Of a stretch of DNA of 64,000 nucleotides, positions 48,386 to 58,656 are shown piece by piece. Below the pieces are notes generated by a model. It did not search any database. It was not told where the DNA came from and saw only the letters and a list, made by a program, of their open reading frames with translations. Numbering within the stretch: the first letter of the stretch is position 1; the number at the start of each line of letters is the position of its first letter. Both the position numbers and the translations under genes were made by a program. The stretch comes from Podospora anserina (lineage: Eukaryota), in NCBI GenBank assembly GCA_017654855.1, contig CM030336.1, positions 744,001 to 808,000 on the forward strand. The letters run 5' to 3'.

Positions 48386-50112
48386 ATGAGCTCATCCGAC
48401 CAGAAGCCGCCGCTGGAGCCTGCAGACAAGCAGTCGTTTCCGCCCCCGCCTCCCGGCCCCCCGCCCATCCAGACCACACAGACACAGGTGCCAAAGCATC
48501 CTGACGAGACCCCTATCCCAGATTACAACCCGAGGCATCCTCAGTTTGCGCCGCCCACAGGTGGTGCCGACGACGACATCTACAACGCGACGCCGACATC
48601 CGAGCACCCGCCCCAGTTCCCGCCGTCTGGAGATGGTCACCACGATGGCGAAACCAAGAAGAAGTCCAAGTTCTCCTTCAAGGAGTACTACCAAAAGGCC
48701 TCAGAAAGCTTGACGACCCATGTTGGCCCGGCAGTCAACGCGATGGCCCGCAAGACGGGCGCTGAAGGCTTCATTGCCGAGTCTCTGGACAAGGAATGTG
48801 AAAAAGCTGCCAGGATCTTGAGGGCATTCTGCAGTAAGTACAGCTCCATGGTTGCGCCTCCATGTCAGCCGCTAACATTAATGTTCCAGAGGACGGCATC
48901 TATGTCGACGCAGCGCAGCAACCTTCTTCGACGCCAGCACCCACACCCGCACCAGCTGCGACGGACAGCGAGGCCTCGGCTACCGATGGCAAACACACAG
49001 ATTCTGCCAAGACAAAGAAACCCAAGGTACTTCTCACGATACCTTCCAAGGTCATTGCGAAAGCCCAGGGCCTGGCTATCTTCACGGCCTTCCGTGCGGG
49101 TTTCCAGGGAACCGTCTCGGGCGGTAGTGGCATCCTGATCGCCCGCAAGCCTGATGGCAGCTGGTCTCCACCCAGCGGAATCAAGGTTGGGGGCGTGGGA
49201 GGTGGCTTCGTTATCGGCGCAGAGATTTACGACTGTGTCGTCGTCATCAACACCAAGGAAGCTCTTGACCTCTTCACAAAGACTCGCATGAGCCTCGGGT
49301 CCGATCTCGCGGTTACTGCCGGTCCTTTTGGCGCTGGTGGTTCTCTTGACTGGGGCGTTCCGGCGAACCAGAAGGGCAAAGAGAAGGAGAAGACCTCGCC
49401 ACAACACCCTCCAACGGCCACGTCTCCACCGCTCTCTGCCGATAACACCCACTTCCAAACGGCGCCGCTTTCCCCTGATGAGTTGACTGACCCCCTGGAA
49501 GATCCCACAAAGGGACGCAAGCCCAGTGCCTTACGTGAGGCCATTGGGAAACCGGTCTACAGTTATGTCAAGTCACACGGTGTGTATGCTGGCGTTCAAA
49601 TCAGCGGTACTGTGATTCTGTCCCGCGATACCGCCAATTCCAAATTCTACGGCCGGCCAGTCACTGTACAGGAGATTCTGGATGGCAAGGTAGAACCACC
49701 TGCTGCAGCCAAGACACTCTTTGAGGTGTTGAGCGGTGCCTCCGGGTGGCGTGGACACAGCGGTTCCAGCCCAGTAACGCCCAACCTTGCGCCTGGGGCT
49801 GGTGTGCCGCCTCCCGCTGCAGCGGCCACGTCTGGTGTTGCCGATGTCACTGCCGGTGTGAGGGGTCTTGATGTCGGAAGCTCCTCCAGCTTGGCAACCG
49901 CCCCGAGACCCACAACGCCGGCGGTAAATGCTAAGGCTGCCGAGGCCGCCGCAGAGGCGAAGCTTGCGTCCCCCTCCAGTCCACCACCGCCGTCCTATTC
50001 GGAGTTTGCTCCGAGTGGGACCCAGCAGCAGCCAGAGGACCTCCCTCCTGCATATGTGGAGGGTCAGGGGACCAGGCCGCCCGCAGGTGACTCCAAGACC
50101 GGACTGCATTAG
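48386..50112 (+). CDS. SYLF/Ysc84-domain protein without SH3, Pro-rich termini
   Basis: ECEKAARILRAFC|K (intron 48834..48889), IPSKVIAKAQGLAIF, GGSGILIAR..GSWSPPS, GFVIGAEIYD, AVTAGPFG, VYSYVKSHGVYAG. Confidence 0.88.
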
Positions 50113-51493
50113 GTGCGGAGTTGAAGGAAGTTTGCATGTTTTTCGGAGGGATAGCGTGGAGGACACGATGAGCATCGTATAGCATGTAACTGGTATTGGT
50201 GGATTAGCTTCTCAAGTCTGACGGTTTTTATGATCTCGAAATACCCCCAAATATGATAGCACCCTGAAACCGAGACTGCTTATCTTCGTTCACCTGCTTG
50301 CTTCCGCCCGCCTGCGACCTTGCATGTACATTACCCCTAACCTCCAAGTCCGAACAACCCCTCGGGTCCGGGTGTCCAATGCATTAGTGCCTTGGTACCT
50401 TATTTACCAGTGCTGCGTCACCACTGATGATTGCAGATGTCTAAACTTTCGAGGGATATGGCTCGTAAGAAAAGTTCCGGTCTGTCATGGTTCAGACAAG
50501 TCGTCCGGTCATTAGGAGGATCTGTTCCGTTCCTATCTTTGGCAAAGTCATGAGAACCTACCTAGTGATGGGTCAGACGTGTTAATTTGGGGGGCGAAAC
50601 CTAGTTCTTTGGTGTTCCTGTCAACTGAAGTAGGAAGAAGCCTCCCCATGTTGGTGCGGCGGCCAATGTCCAGAACACCAACAGAAGTACCTTACATCGG
50701 AGTAATTTCCGCCGGCGAACAGGGGATGGGCCGAAGAAAGCTCCGTGATCGAAGCAGTGCCACCTTGAGCGGATATCATGAAATTTTCCAGTCGCGGGTC
50801 GGAGCGACCGCCGTGAGTGGTGATTAGGAAAAAAAAGTTTGCTGCTTCATGCATCTAATGGTTCTAAAGCGTTCAGTCGCGGCCCCGGACACCCCTCCGA
50901 TGTGGCAAGCAACATGCTCAAAGCTTATGTGACCCGAGGGAAACGCCAGGCTGGGATGGCACTTGGATATTTCTTGGGACGGACCGGACCATGTTGCCCG
51001 GTACCTGCTTCTTAGGTTGAGGGGGTTCGGGCTAATAACGATTGAAAATGCTGGAGTCTGCGGACGTGTGGTCTGATGAAGCGTTCAAGGACTGTGACAA
51101 CTTATCACAATTATTTCATTCATGGGAGCATATGCTCCTTTTGAGCTTGTCTTGGGCCCGGTCGTTCCAACTCCCGGGGCATGTCACGGCTGGGTAAGGA
51201 TTTGGGGGAGGCAAGGGACGGCGAGACCTAAACGGACGTAGGTATATAGGTAGAACCACCCAGGACCGCTCCAAGCCGAATCCTTGTCTCTTGGTTCCAA
51301 GACTACGCTACCTTAGTCCTGCTACCCGTTGAAGGACGAGTCGATAACGGCACCCCTACCTACCTAAGACTCCACAACCTTCCCAAAACGCTCGCAAATC
51401 CCCAACCTGGACTCGAGTCTCTCCCGTGTGCCGCTCTCTCTGCCCCATACATTAGAAACTACGACCTATACCAGATGCCCAGCTTCTGCCAAC

Positions 51494-53921
51494 ATGGCTA
51501 AATACCGCTCCGTTCTAGCACAGCATGACCAGTCTGGACTCTCTTCTTGTGCGCCTCCAGCCAACCGACACCTGACTGAGCCTGCCCCCCTTCCGGACCA
51601 CTCCCCGTACCGGTACCCAAGGTATCCGTCTGATATCTTGCGTGCCTTGAAGCCCAACAAAGTGACAGACCCTCGCCACCCCATCGCGCAGCTAACCCAA
51701 GCGACGGAAAGGCCCGACAGCCAGGCCATCCGCGTTCACGCATCCTTCTCATTACAGGTCCCGTCGTCCTCTTCAAGCCTCGACAATATGGATAAGCCAC
51801 CGCCGCGACCTCTCCTTCCAGCGCCCCCACCGTCCAAAGCACGCGCCGGCTTGAAGACGCCACCCACCGGTACCCCTCTGCCACCGAGACGATCGGCCTC
51901 CATAGCCGCCTGCGAGCTTTGCCGGGAGAAGAAAGCAAAGTGCGACGGCCGACGGCCGACCTGTGGACGGTGCTTAAGCAACGGCGTCCAGTGCACCTAT
52001 ACCACCAAGGTCAATGAGACGCTGACCCAGGCTGATAAAAGAGAGAAGGCGCGATACAAGAAAGAGCGGGACGACCTGTTACATCTTCTTACTTCGATCC
52101 GTGACAAGCCCCAACGCGAAGCCGAAAACATCTTTGCCCGCCTTCGCGTTTTCAACGACCCATTCGAGGTGTGTCAGTCTTTGAGGGATGCCGAGCTGCT
52201 GCCTTTTGTTTCTTCTAGCCCGGCCAAGCTCCCCTCTCCGTCTGACGCGAATGAAATCATAGACATACACGTCCCAGCTCGACCGTGGACAACGCTGGTC
52301 AACGATGCTGTTGTTTCGAGGTTGGTGTCGCGCTTCTTCTCGCCTGGCTCCCAGCTGTTCCCGGCTATTGACAGAGATGTCTTCGTCTCCGACATGCAAG
52401 CCAAGAATCTGACAACGTCCAAGTTGTGTTCACCTCTTCTTGCCAATGCTGTCTGCGCCATGCCTTGTTTTGAGTTGACCTCGAGCTCCGGTCTTGTCGA
52501 GCTCTTCCTGAGCCAAGCGAAATCAATCCTCGAGCGAGAACATGGCCGACCCTCTCTGCCTACGGTTCTCGCTTTATACCTTTTATACCTGATATCAACC
52601 TTGCTGGGCAGGGACCGTGCCGGCTTACACTTTCGGCGGACGAGCCTTGACATGTTGGAATACCTGGATTTGGAGTCAAGAATAAAACATTTGCGCGACG
52701 ATGTTCCAGATCAGGCTCTCGAACGGCGTGTGTTGTCGAAAGCTCTATGGGGGATTTTCGTGGCGGAGAGGTAAGTTGTTATGTGCATTGCTTAGGGTAT
52801 GTCCCGCACAGAACGGATGGCTTGAGCATATGCTGACGTATAGTCTCTCTTTAGTCGAACCTTTTTGCTTTACAACCGACCCCCTCTAGTACGACCGCCG
52901 ATGGTACCTAGACTTTTCGAATTGGATACCCCCATCCAGACATCACTTTGTGCTGATGATGCTCGCAATGCAGCGATGGCGGATGCCGACGGCGACGTGA
53001 ATGGAAGATTGACGGACGCCTTGTGCAGCCTCGCCGAAATCCAATATACCATTGCCATGCATGAGGCTGAACAAAACACTGGTGTGGGTAGTGGGGAGGA
53101 TATTGGGATACGGCAATCCATCCTTCTGCGGTGGAGGGTGCTGTGTGGTTTGTTTTCAAATCAGCTTCAGGCAGAGACCAACTCGTCGTTGTCGAGCTGC
53201 TACATCAGGTGATTAGAACTGGGCTCGGGTATCTCGGCCTATACCCTATATCTCTTTCCTAAATCCACCACTGTCGTCACATTGAAACGCTTGCTAACCT
53301 ACTTATCACTCCAGCCTACAACAAAGCGAAGTCGCTCTCTCAGTCCTCCATCCCCTTCCCGCTGAGCTCACCCTTCCCGATGAGAGCACTGTCACAACGA
53401 CGGTGAAAGATTTGTTCATACAACATGCTCGATTTATATCAGAGACAGTCGATGCCCTACTGCAGTGGTCTCACAACAGGCCACATTATCACATCGGTTT
53501 CGCCCTGTACTATTCACTAGTCCCCCTCATCCCCTTACTCGACCCTGAAGACACCGGGTCCGACACCCGTGAGCTCTTCATAAACGGTTGTGTCAGGTTG
53601 AGTGTTTGCGCTCAAATATACCCATTCTTTGGTCGCCTGCTGCAGGCAATCGGGGCACTTGCCTGGCGGCTAGGGAAGGATGTCCCGTTGAAAGCTCGCG
53701 AGTGCTTCCAGCATATCAAGGTTTCCACTCCCAGGCATGATGTCGAGGACGGGGAGGTGCACGACATTCCGCTTGCCATGGACATTCCTAGGCTGTGGGC
53801 GATGCGCCATTTGCAGACGAACAATCATGTGGGTGACGATAAGAATGGTTATTTGCCTGTAGGTCAACTCGGCAAGATGATTGAGCATTGGAGTGGTGCG
53901 AATCGTCTTGATGGTAGATAA
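51494..53921 (+). CDS. Zn(II)2Cys6 transcription factor with fungal-specific middle domain, 3 exons; start codon uncertain (51494 or 51788)
   Basis: ACELCREKKAKCDGRRPTCGRCLSNGVQCTY; PARPWT..CSPLLANAVCA..SLPTVLAL..WGIF. Introns 52771..52854 and 53209..53314 preserve the frame. Confidence 0.88.
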
Positions 53922-54056
53922 TAGCAGTGGACGAAGTGGTGGTGGCAGCAGTTGAGTTGAATGATGTGTTGATTACCCTTACCTGGCCGAGGAACACACT
54001 CGATTGTTATGCACCCGTCGTGTCCCCCAGCCACAAGCCTTGATTGACAGCTGATA

Positions 54057-54364
54057 ACGTATATTATAAGCGAGTAACCCATATAAGCGAGTGACCCACT
54101 TCCCACCACACCGTAACAAACTATCCTCAATTATACTGCAACAATACTAGGAAGCAACTACAATTATATTAGAAACGGCTGAATCAGACGATTCCCCAGC
54201 CTCCTGGCAAGTGCGCGCGTTGTGGCCAGGCTTGCCGCACACACCACAGCACCGAACCCTCGCACGATCTCCCCCTGCATTACTACTATCCGGCTACGTT
54301 TCTTATACTTCCTCCCTATCTACGGCCTTCTGATCCAGTAGATCCTATGCCTCTTATATAGTAA
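54057..54364 (-). mobile_element. 3' end of a pogo/Fot1-type DNA transposon (terminal inverted repeat plus transposase C-terminus), interrupted by an LTR
   Basis: TA|ACGT terminus with repeated ATAAGCGAGT. The minus strand encodes RVRCCGVCGKPGHNARTCQE..., a CCHC knuckle typical of Fot1-like transposase C-termini. Confidence 0.8.
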
Positions 54365-54969
54365 TGTCACAGTTAAGCCAAACAGGCAGGACGGACCGTG
54401 TGCGGGGCACAAGACGCACAGCCAATCGCTAGCAGGACCAATCAAGACAAGGATACGCGATCATAGACAGCAGACTGGGAAGACACAGTGATCGCGGCAA
54501 CACAACCAATAGGGAGCCACGGAGGATCATAGCGATCATTATGATCATTGGGAACGAGCGGAATGATCACTATGATCAGGGCTTGGCACGAGGTCTATAT
54601 ATACGGAGGAACTGGCTGGTGTAGATAGACAGTTCCGCAGTATGTAATTTAGTTTGTATTTACGGTATTTAGTGTTTATATTGAGATATCTTATTGTGTA
54701 CTATTTAGCTACACCGAACCAATTATTAGAAGTTACTTTTAATTAGTATCCCTTTTAGAGGTTCTATATAGAGGTTCGTTATATATTATATATTTACTTT
54801 AATTCTATTATAGATAAATTAAAGGTATTAAAATAACGCTATAGCCGGAAACATTAGTACTTAGGGGGACTCGACCTAACCTACTATCGACTAGCTTCTT
54901 ACTCGTATTTAAAAGCTTAAAGATAAGTTACGCCTTTCTTACAATACCCTTACGCAGGAAAACGCTATA
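54365..54969 (+). mobile_element. LTR copy 1 (~54365..54790) plus start of internal region
   Basis: Starts TGTCAC and shares ggtctatatatacggaggaactggct...gttcgttata with copies 2 and 3. The LTR end is inferred as a RIP-mutated CGTTACA. Confidence 0.75.
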
Positions 54970-55121
54970 ACGTATTTGATAAGCGAGCGGATTGGATAAG
55001 TGAGTGGATCGATTTCCACTACCCTATTATAACTATCCTTAATTGCAAAACAATAATACTATTAACCTACTATAATTACATTAGAAACAGCTAAATCAGA
55101 CTCTTCTGCAACCTCCTAGTA
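54970..55121 (-). mobile_element. Second, diverged pogo/Fot1-type 3' end
   Basis: TA|ACGTATTTGATAAGCGAGCG... is colinear with 54057..54210 (aactatcct.aatt, ttagaaac.gct.aatcagac, cctcct.g.a). Confidence 0.75.
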
Positions 55122-55746
55122 TGTCACGGACCTGACATAAGTGGGGAGCGCGGGGCGCGACCGTCCAACCACTAGAACGGAAAAGTAGGGAAGTCGGATT
55201 ATCACTAGTACTAAAGGTAATAATCACGATTATTACCAGCCTTCGACGAACGACGAGTGATAATCGATATTATTACTAGTGATAATAGTAATAAACTGGT
55301 CTATATATACGGAGGAACTGGCTAATATAGATAAATAGTTCCGCAATATACAATTTAAACTTATATTTACAGTATTTTATATTTATATTAAAACATTTTA
55401 TTATATACTATTTAATTATACCGAATTAATTATTAAAAGTTACCTTTAACCCGTATCCCTTTTAAAGGTTCTATATAGGGGTTCGTTATACGTTATATAT
55501 TTACTTTAATTCTATTACAGATAAATTAAAGGTATTAAAATAACGTTATAGCCGGAAACGTTAATACTTAAAGGGGCTCGATCTAGCTTACTATTAACTA
55601 ACTTCTCGCTTATATTTAAAAACTTAAAAATAAATTACGCTTTTCTTACAATATCCTTGCGCAGGAAAATATTATATTTTACTAGGAGATTAATACTTTA
55701 TGTAAAAAGGGAAAGCGTATTAAGCTCGAGGCACCCGATCGCTATA
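55122..55746 (+). mobile_element. LTR copy 2 (~55122..55497) plus start of internal region
   Basis: Starts TGTCACG; shares the 3' half, and has the same post-LTR sequence as copy 1. Confidence 0.75.
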
Positions 55747-58656
55747 TGTCACGGCTTGACACTTTGGTGGGGCGCGGGGCGCACTACGGGCCAATTATTA
55801 GTACAGGAGCGAAGACCAATTAGAGTAGGATTATTGGGATCGAGGATCGATCCAGAAAAGTTAATCCCAAAAGGGACAGTATCGATAGGATCGATGGTCG
55901 AATCAATCAATCCAGGATAGTGCTAGGCTTAGCACAGGGTCTATATATACGGAGGAACTGGCTAGTATAGATAGATAGTTCCGTAATATATAATTTATAA
56001 CTTATATTTACGGTATTTTATTATATACTATTTAGCTATACCGAACTAATTATTAAAAGTAACCTTTAATTAGTATCCCTTTTAGAAGTTCTATATAGAG
56101 GTTCGTTATACGTTATATACTTACTTTAACTCTATTATAAATAAGTTAAAAGTATTTTTTTATTACTATAGCCTAACCTAAGAACGTTTAGATAGGAAGC
56201 GTCCCGCTTAGCTTAATTATCGAGGGACCTTTTACGGTAAACGCTAAGTCTAAGGTTATTACGGCTTAATAGTTTATCGATCGTATTAAAAAGTTTAAGG
56301 CCGAAGCCTAGTAGACTAAGGAGTAGGTTCTTGCTCTTTCGGCGGTTAAGCCTACGTATATAACTAAGTTCCCGGCACCGGAGTACTATAAAAGCGGAAA
56401 CGTAGAACTTAGAAGTTTCTTAATCTAGTTTTATTAATATGTGGGTACTACTAAGTGCCCTACTTACTGCCCTACAGATTGATATTACAGTGGGCAGTAC
56501 TGCTATAAGCAGTAATGGAACTTCCCGGCTTAGATCCCTTTAGAATATTCTTTATAAGGGACCCTTAAAGGCTTACAGGGCTACTGTGGCCTAAGGCTTA
56601 GTCAACAGGATACTGGAACCTTCTAAAGTGGCTACAGGCTTACGTAGTAAGTCGCCACAATAGCATGATTTACAGGGCACCCTTGCTACCGAAAGTTCGA
56701 TAGATTTCCGTAAGTTTACAGTAGACTCACCTAAGCCCACTAAATACCTAAAATGGTATAGGGGCTTCCAGGGCCTACAGGATCCACAGTAGGCCTACAA
56801 AGGCCTATATATAGACCTCTCCTCTCTCCTGTAGAATAGTTATCTTCTTTCTTTCCTTAAAGGGCAAAAGCTTAAGACTAAGGCCAAAAGCCAAGGCTAA
56901 GGGTAATAAAGGCAATTCTTATTCCTTATACCTCACTGTATTACAGTGCTTTACCTTCCTTCGGCACTGCCGTCGTATCCTCCCGCTTCCGCTTGCGCAC
57001 TGCTGTATTTTACAGCAACCCTGTATAGGTTCTATATTATAGGCCTATCAAGGCTTACCAGCTAACAAGTTTAAAACCTACTTTCGTTATTACCTAGAAT
57101 AGTTCGATACGGAGGAATCGAAAGTAATATACGTAACTACCCGGCTTAAAAATAAAGCTTTTATTTAGTTCGAACCTATTTTTAACGATTATTATAAAGT
57201 AATAGCGGAGGATTAAAAGGAAATTATTATTTAATATTTTCGGAATTACCGAACCTTCGAGGTAAAGTTTAAAAAAATATTTAAAAAATATAATAAAGGT
57301 AAGTACGCGTAAAAGAAATTTACGAACTTATAGTAAATACGTTTGGTAATAAAATACGTTATTTAATTTAAGATTAATAATTTATATAACGAAATTAATA
57401 ATAAAAAATTAATATAAACTTTTTATAATAGTTTTAAGGAAAAGGTAAAGAACGAATTATATAGGGAAGAGAGGCCTAATACTATTAATAAGTATATTAT
57501 TATAATTATACGAATTAACGATAAATAATTTTAGTATTATATAGAAAAAAGAAATTATAATAATTGAGATTATTATAAAAATTATTATTTTAACGATAAA
57601 CGTAAGCGGTAGTACCCGACTACTAACTACTTTAGTATTATATATTCGGGACCTATAAATATTGATATTATATAATAATAAAGGTTGTAAAGTTAAAACT
57701 AAAGTAAAGATAACCGTAAGTATTTTAATTATAATAAAGTAGGATACTTTAAAAAAAATTATTAGGTATTTAAGTAATTTAAGTAAAAAAAAAAGTTGCT
57801 ATAATAATTATTATATTAAGAGGATTAAAGGTTATAAAGATTATAGTTATCGGGTACTAGTAAAGTAAAATAATAAGTTTCGAAAATTTTTTTAATTAAT
57901 ACGCTAAATAAAAGGAAATAAAGTTCTAGGAACTACGGAAAGTAATAAAAAGGTTAAAAGCGGAGTATAAAGAAGGAGACTTTTAGATATTAGTATTTTA
58001 GGATCGATTAATATAAATTATTATAAAAATCGCTACGTAAGTTATTAAAAAAAATAATACTATATAATAAGAAAAACTTATTAAATAAATAATATTAAAA
58101 AAATAATACGGTAAATATAAAATCGTTATTTCGTAAAAAATATTATTATTTATAAAGCTCGTATATAAAAACTAAAAGAAATACTAAAAAAGTAAGAAGG
58201 TCGTTAATATCGGGATTACAAAGTTATTAAAAAATATACTTACATTTATATAGTATATACCTTATAAAGGAGATATAGTATAACTTTATTCTAAATATCC
58301 GGAATATCGGAAAGTACTTTAATTTTAATATATTATATATAAATATATAAAGTATTATTAAAGTAAATCGCTATATAGCTATTAACCGATATATAAATTC
58401 GTACTAAAGTATACGAAATACTATATTAAATACATAAACGGTTAAAATATAGACGATAGTATACGTTTTTAGGAAAAAGTAATATTAGGTTAGTACCTAA
58501 GCCTAAATTATATATTATATTTATAAAAGAAAGATAAATAATATTATTAAATAAAGGTATTTAAGTAAACGATTAAATAAAAAAATCGTTATCGGATATA
58601 TATACGGGAGAATATTAAATATATAAAAGACGGAAAATAGGAGGAAGCTAGGCGGG
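55747..58656 (+). mobile_element. LTR copy 3 (~55747..56117) followed by a RIP-mutated Ty3/gypsy gag
   Basis: One frame from ~56168, once the solo LTR is removed, de-RIPs to MAQPKNV..KFPAPEYY..LRSFLIQ/KTYFRYY..DTEESKV.Y..TRL..KAF.WFEP, then ELYREERP, GPMDID and a C-x2-C-x4-H-x4-C knuckle near 57720. Confidence 0.75.
56432..57067. mobile_element. Solo LTR (636 bp) inserted in gag, 5-bp TSD AGTTT
   Basis: AGTTT at 56427..56431 and 57068..57072. Termini are TATTAAT (RIP of TGTTAGC) and GCTAACA. Removing it restores the gag frame. Confidence 0.8.
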
